Shown in pieces: positions 49,311-62,280 of a stretch of DNA of 64,000 bases. How positions within the stretch are numbered: the stretch's first letter is position 1; every line of letters begins with the position of its first letter. The DNA is taken from assembly GCA_964106645.2 (NCBI GenBank), contig OZ067043.1, one strand, 5' to 3'. The notes beneath the pieces were generated by a model. The model saw nothing but the letters and a program-made list of their open reading frames with translations. It did no database searches and was not told the origin of the DNA. A program made the translations under genes and the position numbers. Origin of the DNA: Podarcis pityusensis. Lineage: Eukaryota.

Positions 49311-52300
49311 ATGTGCTCTAATACCACCCTCTTAAATGCCCATCACTCGTGCTCCAGTGAGATCGAAGTTTCAAAATAGATCTTGAGATTGAAAAAACAG
49401 TAGCTCCAATATTTCGTACTGAGAATGCCCTGGAAGTGGTAGTTTATGGCGCAAGGATAGTTGTGTGCCATATGTACCATTGAGAAAAGAGAGTGTGACC
49501 CTTTAGAAGAGAATAAGGAGAAAGACATTCATGTAACAAAAGTTTTCTGAAGGATTCTAATGACTGCAGGTCTTTGGACAAGCTGGGGGGGGGGGGAGTT
49601 TGCTGAAAGTATAGTGACTATAAATCCTTCCTATGCTAGATCTCGTCACACAATCTTGATACATCTTCTAGGATAAAACTGGGGAAAATGAGTGGAACAG
49701 AGATTGTCTACATCTTTATGACCATCTTTATTTTGAAAACATCTATTTTTGGATAAGTCATGGGATAAAGTCCAGAGTAGTTTGTAGATGTTCAGAACTC
49801 TGTCCATCCTGAAGCAGCATCCAATAGGTGCAAGTGTCATGGTTGCAGCTGCCCTGCCAAGAGAACACGTTATAAGTCTTGCTGGATTAACCAGATTTCC
49901 AGGGGGTTTAGTCTCCTGTTTCTCCACAATGGCCAATAAGATGCCTCTGCTAAACAGCAGCACCCCTCCTTGAATCACAAAGCAAGCATGGGAAAGTTTG
50001 TCATGCCCTGACTGCTCTCAAACCTTCACAGCACAGCATTTTTCATATTGCCTGGTTAATAGGCAAGCACCTATGGTGGTCTGGATGAATGAGTTCAAAA
50101 GATGCTAGGCTTTTTATTCACCATCCCTTTAGTTTGTTAAAATGTTCTCCTATTTCCCAAGCTGTGATGTTGACAACTCATCGTGCTGGGGGTTGTCTTC
50201 TCAATTCCTTCTGCAAAACCACCCCCTTTTGCAATCCTTCCAAATGTGCCATCTCCAAGGATGTCTTGTCACTGCCGCACTGTGAGAAATAAAATGTTTA
50301 CATTAATTAATAACAATTTGGATGACATGTTAAATGTAGCAACACAAGAAAGCAATGCCAAATTATTGCCCCCAGTGGCGTGGTGGGAAAGCAAGTGAGG
50401 GTTTGTGCTTATTCACATAAAAAGGGATCAGTCTTTCTGCAGACTGAAAACTAGTCCTCAATTCTCCAAGCACATAGGGTACTTCATGAGAATACTAGGG
50501 TAAATAAAGAAGATCAGCCCATTCACAGGATTAGAAATCGGGTCCTCTGCCTCTTGAAAATAAAACCTTCAAAATTCAAGTGTAGCAAACACCAGAGCCT
50601 GAATTATGAGGGATACTTCATAGCCTGCTGAGTGTTTTGACATGTGAGTGGTACTTATTGCAGCATTCTTCATTGCCAGTGGATATGTTTTTCATATTCT
50701 TAACATCTACTGTGATTTAATGGGTTGTCTAATCCACTGGTATACTCTTGTCAGTCAAGTGTTTAAAGCTTTTGGGATGGTCTTAAGGGAGGGATTTCCG
50801 TATCTTGTTCTGGTAGCCTCAGTTGTTGTGAGTGCTCTCTGTCTCTCATGTGGGAATAATGATGTAGCTGGATAGATGCAGGGAATAGCTCACGGAATGA
50901 ATGGAAAGCAGAGACCTAAATATTATCTGCTGATGTGTACAATGACACTTGCTCAGTGACATAACTCTGGTCTTTCAACTGCTGCTAGTGGGAAAATGCC
51001 TGGGATGATAACTGAGGCTGTGACTTCAGCTTCCTGCAGCCACTTATCATGTAGTGAGATGAGTCTAGCCATGAGTGTTTGGCTGCAGACTCTTTATGGT
51101 CCAGAGATAACTTCTGAATGAACTATTAGCAGGATCTGATTCTCATTATAGACCTCTGGTTCTGATTTTGATTATCTGGAAAGTATCTTATCAATGCAAG
51201 GAGCTTACATAATACACTTTTCTTATGTACTGAATATCCCATTTCAATTCCAAATTTGAAAACAGCAATGCTGAAGCCCTTTTTCACAGCCACTGTTTCT
51301 CCTGCATTCTGCTCTTCTCTGATTAGTCATGGCGATGTTGTGCAGAGCTAGAAAAGAGAGGTGTTTTCTGACAGAGCTGAAAAAGTCCCTGAGAAATGGT
51401 AAGTAGATTTGGTTCAGCCACTATATACATTCCAATATTTCTTGGGGCCTTTCTGGTATGTAAAAAGAATGCTAAGGAAAAACCAGAAATATGGGGGCAT
51501 TTAAGTACAACCATTAATACCAGCGTGTCCAAGGATCTCATGAGCTCCTGTCCTGCTCACATATGCAGAAATCAAATGATCTCCAGTCCCATGTGGTATA
51601 ACTCCTGTAGGTGGGGGCAAATAAAACAGGTTTACTAAGGTGTGAGCCTGCTTCTGTTTCCTTGGCAGATTGATAGAACCCTCTACTGCAAGATGCTGTT
51701 TGGGGGGTGTCAAATTGGAGTAGTGAATGCGGGGGGGAACTAATCCATTACATCACTCCCACTGTAACTGCACAGATTGTGAAGGGAAAAGGCATTGCAA
51801 CCTATATATTGGGTGTCATATAGCAAGGTAGCTTTAACACATGTTTGACAGAGTGCCATCCCTTATTCTTGCCCACACCTTACTTTGTGGCAGGAGGAGG
51901 TCTGCCACAGAATCCCATGCTTGGATGAAGGACACAGAACACATTTGCAGAACAGAAGCTTTTTCACACTGAATATTTTTTTCAAGGTGATGATTATATT
52001 GGTTGGCTTGCCAGCAACTTCATGCAACCACACAGAGCCTTTGATGAGAGCTATTACTGTGAAGCATTCACTAGAGCTATGGAAGTCATAGCTCAAACAT
52101 GATGCATCTGGTATTCATAGGGCTGAAGGAGTTCCAGAAGTCTCTGGAAAAATCAGTACCCAAAACCGTTCCCCAGGGTTTTTAAAGCTTTCCAAAGCCA
52201 GTAAGTCTGAAAAAGGATACATGTGACTATACACACCTCTCCATCCTCCATCAGTCAAGTGAGAGTGATTATCACAATTCAGGAGGGTGTAGAGCAGTGC

Positions 52301-55300
52301 TGGTGAGGTGTGTGGCCATATAGAGAGTTCCAGTCCTCAGTCTAGGGACTCAGCTACACAGCTGCAAATAAAACATTTTAAATGTGTTGCAAAGTGCAAT
52401 ATACAAATGTGACACTAGATGGCAACAGTGAGCTATGTAAAATTCAATGTATTTTTCAAAGTGTTAAAAAAACCCATTTTCACAGTGGTTTTTTTATATG
52501 TGTGTAGATTCCACCCAGGAGCCAAATTAGTCAGCCTCTGAGAAAGGCTGCTTTCCAAAGCACTCTGGTTAGTACACACTCCTAGGTAAGCACCCTCTTA
52601 ATGCTAAGTAGAAATGATGGAGTGATCCTCAACCCAAAGAGACTGAGCTGATCTATTTCTCTGTTGGACTTCTCTCTGACATCTTCTGATGTAGCCCAAT
52701 AGTTTCTTGCGGGCGATCCACGGGATTCTTTCAGACTGTGCTATTCTCCATTCCCCACAATATAAAGTTACCTTTCCTCCTTTCCAGGAGCTGGAGCTTT
52801 TCTGCTAGTGTGGAGGAAAGAGAGCCTCCATCTGCTTAAAACATGAGAGCTCACTTTATCCTCTATATAGTTATCTATGGTGGGAAAGGGGGCAGAGCAT
52901 GATATTAATTAGCTCTGTGTTTCATAGAACCAGAGTCAATGCTGGAAAGAATCCAACTTCTGTGATCCTACTGTGGAAATATGAGATAGTTATTTATTCA
53001 AAGGCCTTGTGTTTCTTTCCTCCCCATGTGTTCCTTCAGCTGCCTCCAAAACTGTGCCCTGGTGTAGTCAATTTCACATCTCCTTTGAATTTTGTGGTAC
53101 TAAGGGTAGAGGCTGCAGTGAGCAAACTGGATCCCCACCTTCAGTGAAGCTCAACAGTTATCAGTGCTGGTTCATGACTGAAGAGGGAATTGTCCTTATT
53201 GCTCAAGAAGAAAAACAACCCATCTGTACACCACCCAACCCACAGCTGTTCTTATCTCCCACACATTCTTCAGATACTGTTTATTCACCACTGACATTAA
53301 AGCAGACTGGAAAAGGAAAGTAATCCTCTTCTTCTAGTTTCATTCATATACAGTTAGTCCACATCCCCTGGCACTAATCCTAATGATCACCATCTTCCAT
53401 TAAAGAATGAAGGCTGTGCCAGAAATGACAGCTGGTGCCACTTGTTGGAAATCTGTCTTATGGCCACATCAGCATAAGTGGATGAAACAGGGGCTGTGAG
53501 GTCCTTGCAATGTGATGGGCAGCCAGCACTGGCTCACACACAAACAACATGGATATTTTTCAATGGAAATTCAAAGGTCACACACATCCCTAAAAGGAAA
53601 AGGTTGCTGACTCAATACCCTGGTGGTTCATCGGACTCATTGACACATGACATTGCCAAGTCCAGGAGCTAAGGAGGGCTCTTTTTCAACTAAATTGTTA
53701 TCAGAGCAGAAGCCAGTGCAAAGATGCCTGTTAGAGCAACAGGACTTTCCATGCTGCCCTCCCCCCTGTGCCCCTGCCCCTCTAGGGTTGGGAGAACCCC
53801 CTGAATAGTGGAGGAGGGATGGAGATCATTCCACCAGGCAAGCAGAAATCTCCTTGGTGCTATGCTGAATACAACTCAAAAACTGAACAATAGCAGTGAG
53901 TAGGTGTGCAAAATGAATGCCAAGCACATTGACAACTACAGTAATCATGACAATAAATGTAGATTTCTTCCCTCCTTCTCTTTCCCTCCTTTATTTAATA
54001 TGATATAAAGAATATTACAAGCACCATACAAATCTCATCCATTCTTACTGCAACACAGATGACGTAAATACTTGTATTTCTGCTTTTTTATATACTTTAT
54101 TTAAATTATTAATTTTAATTGTTGGAAAGCCCATTGCATTTTTGGATATATTGAACTACTTTTATAATAATAAAACATAACAAAATTTCCTCTGGTTCAT
54201 CTCATCTTTGATTTCCTTCTTCATTCTGTTATGATTGGTAGGAGCTTGAGATAGTGAGTTCATTTGATCCAAGTACATTGCAAAGGTTTAGATTATCTCC
54301 TCTAGATCATCTCCTCTGCAATTGCTTTATAGGTCGTTAAAGAATCAAGTCCTTCCCACTGTCTGACAGTGCTTTCATATGAAGTAATATGAACAGGCCA
54401 TGTAGCATCTCCTTTGTTGTATTCATAGATACAACACTCATTTGAGCACATGCAATGAACGGATGATGCAATGACTTAATGTTTTGATTACTGTCCAATA
54501 ACTACATACCCTGAAGTAACGCACTGAGTGATCTCTGTTCCTTTATTGTGGGGAAATTGTAATACTAAAGTGTCCTGTGTCTAGCTTGCTTCTTGTTGAC
54601 CTTGACCAGCACCTTGACTACATGTTGTGGGGTACGGTTTCCATGATTGACTAAGCTGCATTACTATCCATGCTACCTAATAATATGTCCTAGTGAACAA
54701 AATGGGGACTACGCCTGTAGACATACATAGGATTGCATTGCTAGACTGCAATCACTTGAGAGTAAATCATTTCTAATTTTAATTAGACATGTATTGTGCT
54801 GTTATCCTTTCAAGAGGAAGGTTCCAAACAAAAACAACCTTGGCAAGTTATTTCTGTATTGATTGTGCTAGTTATTAGTATGACCATATTTATTAAAATT
54901 TCACGTGTTGAGTAAATGCTTGCTGGCTGATTGTCTCCAAAATAAATGTTTTGTAATAATCTTCTCCGACTAAAGCAATATACCACTGCTGAGGCAGCCA
55001 AAAATAGCCCTAGCCACCAATTAAAAAGCATTTCATTAGGTAATTTAATGAAACACTAATTATTAAACCCACATGGGTCTTTATGATCCTCTCCCAGAAA
55101 CTTGTTTACAAAGAAAACTATAACCAGCCCAGTGATCTTTAATCTTTCAGCCATTGGACTGAACTTCAGACGTAAGTGACCCAGATCAAGAGTAATCACG
55201 TTCTTCCAGCTGAGATTATTTTACCATTATTTATTTTGGGTGTTTATAATATTTCTTTTGAGTCATTAAAAGTAAAGTGCAACTGGCATTTCATCTTGTG

Positions 55301-57019
55301 CTGCTGTTGCTTTCTACGTAGCTGTTGATGCGGGCAGATATTATCAGCTACAATCTCAGCTAAAGCATCCATGACTGATGGCTATTCAACCTCTGCTTAA
55401 AAACCTCCAAGGAAGGAGAGCCCACATGTACATAAAACAAAAATTACCCCCCAAAAAGTGCACTCTTATTCCAAGGAAAACATGTCCAAGTCGCACTGCC
55501 CCCCAAAACCCCACTGCTCAGGGAAGTATCGGACATGCAACTGTATGAGTTCAGTGGTGGCTGGACCAGATCTGGGTGAAAGTGTGCAAGACACTGTTCC
55601 CCAGCCCCTCATCCCAAATACGAACCACAACAAAGCTATCCACAGTTTCAGTGTTCTTATTCTGGCTCTAATTTGTTATTTGTCGGTCTTTTCCAACCCC
55701 AACCTCAATTCATCTGTGAAAAGAAAGAATGTCAAGCTCCAGAGCCATTCATAAAAAATGTTAATTGAGACCATACCTAAATATCCACCCAGCCCAGCCC
55801 GCTAAACTTGGCTCGCATCAGTTTCATCTACTGCTGCATCCTGTGCCTCTCAGCTTGTGTTTCCAATCCGCAGGATAACATCAATTTCCACACCAGCAGG
55901 AATTCATCTCAAAGACAGAGCTTTTGCATGGCTTCCCAGTCTTAAAGCCCAATCAAATCGAAAATTTATAAGGGTATTTTAAATAACAGAAAACACCTCT
56001 TTTGACAAAACACAAGGCATCTGTTTAAAGGGACGCTTTATCCTCTTCCAGCTTTCAGCAAGAGGCACTATAAACTCAGCCAGGACATGTTTCTGTTCAG
56101 GTGATGGGGTGGAGGATGGAATAGTATGAATCAGCCACACCTCCAGTTCAGCCATTTTAATAGCTTTTTCAGTACAGTATTCCCACTCAGGGTTGGAGGG
56201 GGTCATTCTCTCTGTTTGAATTAACATGTCAGTAGTGATTTAGCAAGAGCATTTCTAAGGAGATCCTGTCTCAGCCACAGAGCAAATGGAGCACACGGGG
56301 CACCTTTGTAGCACAGCTCCAGAGGCCCTCTTTGCTGTTATTGACATTTCTTTGAATTTAACAAAGCAGAGGTTAATAATGACTAAAGAGAATAGTTCAG
56401 ACACAGGTTAGCATTTCGCTCTTTGCTTTTCTCTGTGTTTCCTTAGAGACGGGTAGGAAAGATCAAGAGATCCCTCTTGCTTGAATTGTCTTTCTTGTGC
56501 TTGCTGTTACCTTAAATAATGACACACACACACACCCCATTTCGTTAAGGTCCTGCTGTTGGAATTCACAGAAACAGCAGCTTTGGGGGTATATTCTGCT
56601 TGTAACTGCTGCATTTTACAGGATGTAAGTAACTACTGCCTTAGCAAGGGAGACTGTTTAAGCACTGACATGCCTTCTCCTCAATATGGTCCTGAAAGTC
56701 TTTACTGGCCCCAAACTGTGCTTAGTGCTCTACAAATAAACTCTCTATAATCCTTTCCCCCCAAAAGGTAGGAGACCGCCTCCATCTAAAAGACTGCAAA
56801 TGAAGAAATAAATGGTTACCAGGGGTGTCTGTGCCAAAAAAGGATGTCTAAATGGGATAGTATGTGTAAACATAATGGGCTGAATTCAACTAAAGAGCTG
56901 TGCTAACAGGAGCCAGCATGAGGCTTGCTAGTGCTGTGGGGTTTCCCTCTTTCTCCCTTCACAACTCCATGCCTCCTAAAATTGGCTTGTGGGGAAGGGG
57001 TCAGGAGAACCCCCGGAAC

Positions 57020-57818
57020 ATAGAATGATAGAATTGTAGAGTTGGAAGGGACCACAAGGTTCATCTAGTCTAACCTCTTTCAGTGCAGGAATCTTTTGCC
57101 CAATGTGGGGCTTAACCCACAACCGTGACATTAAGAGTCTCATGTCCTACTTGAAAATGATTTACAGATGGTATTTAACTCCAAGTAGGCTTGCTGAGAT
57201 GTATAAGACTGAATCAGATAAGTGCTGGAGATGCAAAGAGGTAGAGGGAACGTTCTATCATATGTGGTGGACTTGTAAAAGGGTAAAAGAATATTGGGAA
57301 ATGATCCATAATGAATGGGGGGGAAATGTTTAAAAGTACTTTCCCCACAAAAACAGAGTCCTTTCTGTTGGGGATGATTCAGACTGAAATTCCCAGGTAT
57401 CAAAAAAGGTTATTTATGTATGCTACTACTGAGGCCCGTGTTTTGTTAGCCCAAAAATGGAAAACGAGTGAGGTCCCAACCAAAGAAAAAGGGCAACTTA
57501 AGTTGACAGAATATATACAGCTTGCAGACTTAACATATAGAATACGAGAACAAGAAGAACATGTGTTTAGAGAAAATTGGAAAATGTTTTTTGAATATAT
57601 GGGAATTTATTGTGTACAGCTGAAAATGCTGACAACATTAAGATAAATTCAACAGTGTAAATAAGATTTGATGGATGTAATAATGGAATACTGATTGGTA
57701 TAGTTTTTGTAAAATATGCAGCGATTTATGATACGTAAAATGAACCATGGAAAGAGAAGAAGGGAAGTCATTGACATCTTAAGGATGTATAAATGAGTAC
57801 TTTAAATTGTAAAATAGA

Positions 57819-57849
<31 letters not shown>

Positions 57850-57877
57850 TGAGTCTCATGTTCTACTAACTGAGCTT
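57020..57877 (-). mobile_element. tRNA-Lys/CR1-tailed SINE split by the L1 insertion
   Basis: Joining 57877-57851 to 57134-57020 reconstitutes AGCTCAGTTAGTAGA.CATGAGACTCTTAAT...GGGCAAAAGATTCCTGCA...CCCTTCCAACTCTACAATTCTAT, like 38946-39085. Confidence 0.85.
57152..57850 (+). mobile_element. Older 5'-truncated L1 fragment inserted into a tRNA-Lys/CR1 SINE
   Basis: Frameshifted ORF2 end KMIYRWYLTP...CWRCKEVEGTFYHMWWTC...FMYATT..RVLLAQKWK. (AT)n tail; 17-bp TSD GAGTCTCATGT(C/T)CTACT at 57135-57151 and 57851-57867. Confidence 0.9.
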
Positions 57878-60165
57878 GGGGAGAGGAGAGGCAAGATCAT
57901 TCCCTCATGCAAGCAGAAGTGATTGAGCTGACAGAGCCATTCATTTAGCACTCCTTTGCATTCCACCTTGGGTATTTTTCAGGGGGTTGAATATGCTCTC
58001 GCTACACATCTAGCCCTGGTAATCCACAGGCTCCAGCACTTGCCCCATGACCACCTGAACTGCAGACACTGGCACTCGTGGACCCAGCATGCATCATCCA
58101 AAATGTCATGCTATCATAGTCATCTCCCATGCACCATTATTTAGTTTTTTTAAATTAAATGTATATCCCATCCTTCCTTCAAAAGGGGCCCAGAATGGCA
58201 GACAACAAGTAATAAAACAATAAACAGAAAACATCTCAAAAACAATTCCAGTACAGATGCAGGCTGGGAAAGAGCTCTGCTTAAAAGGCTTGGTGGAAGA
58301 GGAACGTCTTCAGTAGGCACTAGAGATAACAGTCTAATGCTTAAGAGGAGGGTATTCCAAAGGGTAGATGCCACCACACTGAAGACTCAATTCCTACATT
58401 GTGTGGAACAGGCCTTCTGGTAAGATGGTGTCTGCAGGAGATTCTTCCCTGTAGAGCACAATGATTGATTGGGTATAAAAGAGATGAGCTCTTTCAGGTA
58501 TTCTGATCGAAAGTCGTATATACCAAAACTTAAGTAAAAACTTAAGTCCAGTGGCTAAATGACAGGCAGTGAAATTCTTTCAGCAGCCAGTGCAATACTT
58601 TCTTATCTAGAAGCAACGACTAATGGAGGGAAATGGCTTTGAAATGGAGGGTCTGGAAATCTTTGGGGTTAATGCTATAAACCTGCAAAAAAACAACCCA
58701 AAAATCATACAAATGTCCCATGAGTCATGCCACCGTCACATCTAGTCATAACCTGAATTGTGTCCATAAAGTGATAATAGAGCACAGATGGACATCTGTG
58801 GCCCTCTAGATGTTAATGGACTCCAGCTCCCACCAGTGTTGTTTGACATGGCCAATGCTCAGAGATGAGGAGAGGTGAAGTCCAACAACAACTGGAGGTT
58901 CACAGGTTTCCCAGCCCTGTAACGGAGCATTTATAGTTCAATACTCTGGGTGACTCATCAATTTCAGGACGAAGGCACCTGTGTTTTATCCAGCCTGAAT
59001 TTTCTGGACACTCCTGATCAGATATAGGAAACACAAGCTTTCAAATAATTTAAAGGCTATCTGGAGCTTCCCATCATGCAGAGAAGGTGGAGCATGAGAA
59101 AAGCACTACTGGCTGACTCTGCGCTGTGTGACCATAGGGAGACCTGCATCATGGTTGGGGAATGAACTGGGCTGCAGTTTATAATTCTGCCAAGCCTTTC
59201 ACCTTCTCAAGCTCCAACATTCAATAACAAATCTTTTCTGAATTACACAGATGGAAAATAAATGCCTCTCCAAGTCTGAGGACTCCAGATATTTTAATTT
59301 TGAGAATTTATTTATTTTTTGCTTTCAAAAGAAATGCACTGGAAGGAAAGAAGGAGACAAACGAGAATCATTGCCAAGGTAGTAAAACCAGCTGTCAAAA
59401 GTATTCCCAGAACATACTCCAGGAGCACCAATCACGGCTGCCTGAGGCCACTGCTGTATTTGTTGTGGAGAGTTTTACTGCGGGATTGGAGGCTGGCCAG
59501 TTCAGGCAACTCTGTGGGACAGGAGGCCCAGCATTTAGGGAACCTAAGACCAACCCTCCCCCAAAAACCCCTCATATTAAACTTTCACCCCAGTCCTAGC
59601 CAGTATAGCAACTGTTAGCTCATATATCACTCTCCCTATTAAGAAGGGCATCCTATAAACTTTTCAGTAAAACTGAACAGCTGTTGCCATGGAAAGGGCT
59701 TGCCTTTTTTGTTGGAAAGAAGCAGCTTCCATCTCTGGGTTTACAAGCAGGAAAGAAATCTGTTAGAGCAGGGATGGGGAAGAGGCATCCTTCTAGATGT
59801 TGTTGGACTTGCCCTCCAACAAGTCTACAGTCTTTGTCATGCTGGCTCATGCTGATGGAACCCATCAACAACTTATGATCATCCAGATGTTGCCAGACCG
59901 CAACCTAGACCACCACTTTCATCTCACAAAAGTCAATCTAGGCACAGCACTGGAAGGAGAGCCTATCCTCTCCTCTTGCTTTTTCTTCTTGCTTTTTCTT
60001 ACTGCAGTTCCTATTTTCTATATGTTTGAAATATACAGAGCCAAGTGTGCCTGTTCAAGCCCTCTGACCTATTCTGTAATAAGCAATCTGTGTGATGAAC
60101 CTGAGTTTCCACTTTTGCTTAGCAACAGAAGGGAAAACCATGTGGGATCAGAGCGAGGCCCACCT

Positions 60166-60366
60166 AATGTGGCACAGTGGTTACAGTGTCAGTCTAGGAC
60201 CTGGGAGACCAAGGTTCAAATCCCCATGAAGCTCACTGTACAGCTTTAGGTCGGTCTCTCTCTCTCTTAGTCTCACATCGCAGGGCTGTAGTGAGGAAAA
60301 ATGAGGGGAGAATCGTGTATGCTACCTTGAGCATTCTAGAATATAAGGTGGGATATAAATATAATA
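60166..60366 (+). mobile_element. MIR/Ther1-related (Squam3-like) SINE
   Basis: A box TGGCACAGTGGTTA, B box GGTTCAAATCC, core cagggctgtagtgaggaaaaatgagg and A-rich end. A related minus-strand copy lies at about 61990-62445. Confidence 0.7.
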
Positions 60367-61858
60367 CAAAATAATAGTACAATAATAAAAAATAGCTTAT
60401 TACCAGCTCCTTATCTCCAAGGTCCATGCGCCAGCTACAGCAATGAAAACACAACATTAAAAAGAGTTTAAAACAATTTGCACTATAGTCTAGCATTATT
60501 TGTGAGAATCTTAGCTAATCAGCAAGGGCTAAATAATCCACTAGAAACTGACCTGCAGTCCACCAGTGGAATATGGACTACATTTTGTCCAGCCTGGCTG
60601 TACATGATTCATAAGTGGCATATGATATACACAAAGGAAAATCATCAGAGAATATGCTATATTCATTGCTGGGACTTCCAAACAAGTTAGAAGTTACTGT
60701 TTCGCAGCCTTTCCTCAGTTAGCAATCAGAGGTCTGCCCTCTGACCAAACTCTAAACACTGTGCCCTAAAATGGAAACTTGTCTGGGCTTGATAAAGCAG
60801 ACAGAAACGATTTTGGGAGCCAAAAAAGACTTTGCCTTTAATCACAATTGTATGATTCAGCATCCCTGGTGCCCATAATTCATTGTAATATCTGGATAAG
60901 CACACACTATGAGAGAGGATTGTGGGGGTAAAGTAAAGGAATGAGAAGGAGGCTGTGTATGGGTGTCCACGCACAAAAGCTGAATAAATCGTTTATCTGT
61001 TGATGCAGACTGGGCCTGGAAAGTTTATCTTTGTGAAAGAGTTCTGTTTTTCATAGAGGAAATGAGACAGCGAGAGTTTAATAGGAAATAAAAACACATA
61101 AAGAGAAACTAAGGAGGCTGGCCTGGAAAAATCCTATCCATCCAGCTGTCTGGCCAGCTGTCCCAGACATAAGGAACAATTCCTGCAGCTGCTTTGCCAT
61201 CACTGGTATCTCAAGTCTCCCTCCCCTCAACATGGAAAGGTGAAAATAAGGAGGTTTTGTATCACCATCTGCAACTGCATGCCTGTCTTGACAATCTCTC
61301 CTTTCTTGACAGTCTGGTGTAGACAGAAAACAGCTGCTCTTATTCACACCAGAACTGGTTGTGGAATAGACAAGAACTCATCAGAGTTATACGGTTTCCA
61401 ATTAGCGAAGCGAGACACAAAAGGCTCCTAAACCTTTAAGAGCAGTATAAAATAGGGGTGGGCAACCACTCTGTGCTGGGATCAAATAGTGAGGCATGGC
61501 AGGGTGATTTTATCCCTCCATTTGGCTGAACTACAACATCAGCAAAATGTCCTGAGTTAGGTCAGGGCCCCCACAAAGCCTGCTCTGCTACCCTACAAAA
61601 TCTATCAGCTTTGCAAAACGAGGCTGTCTAAATGCTAGCTATAGAGGTCTGGATGAGAAAAGGGAAAGCTTTGTTTAACATTTAAAAAAATGTACACTGC
61701 TCTTATGTTACACACATAAGTAAGCATCATTCTGGTGAGAATTATCAAAGCCCTCCGCTGGTAACACAGGCCACCTGCTAATGTGCAATAAAGTATTATC
61801 CTTTTAGCTGCATGAGTCTGTCTAAGGCAGGGATGGGGAATTTGTGGCTCTTCAGATG

Positions 61859-61989
61859 NNNNNNNNNNNNNNNNNNNNNNNNNNNNNNNNNNNNNNNNNN
61901 NNNNNNNNNNNNNNNNNNNNNNNNNNNNNNNNNNNNNNNNNNNNNNNNNNNNNNNNNNNNNNNNNNNNNNNNNNNNNNNNNNNNNNNNN
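61859..61989. other. Assembly gap (131 N)
   Basis: Run of N. Confidence 1.
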
Positions 61990-62026
61990 CCACCTTTCCT
62001 TCTGAGAAGTTTAAGGTGATGTGCAT

Positions 62027-62280
62027 TGAAGTTCGCACCCTGGGCCAGCAGGGGGATACTGTAGATAGTTTTCACTCAGGTCCACATATGCAAATAAGGA
62101 ATTGAAAGTGACGTTCAGTGATTGGATAATTACAGAAAGTGGTTACTGTTGCTTTGTAGTTGAGCTCTATATAAGCAGGTTGGCTGAACCCTTCAGCCTA
62201 GTTCTGTTCTGGCCTGTGAATAAACAAGAGCTGTTTGAAGAATCGCTGTGTCGTCTGATATGTTCACCCACAACCTAACA
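62027..62280 (+). mobile_element. Short solo LTR (254 bp) inserted into a MIR-like SINE
   Basis: TG...TAACA ends; 5-bp TSD TGCAT at 62022-62026 and 62281-62285. ATGCAAAT at 62088, ATTGG at 62121, TATATAA at 62168 and AATAAA at 62219, in U3-R-U5 order. Confidence 0.8.

Noticed and set aside
48425-59890. Recurrent palindromic units as a CRISPR-like or regularly spaced array
   Set aside because: The copies are dispersed, diverged and irregularly spaced MITEs in a vertebrate genome, with no repeat-spacer periodicity.
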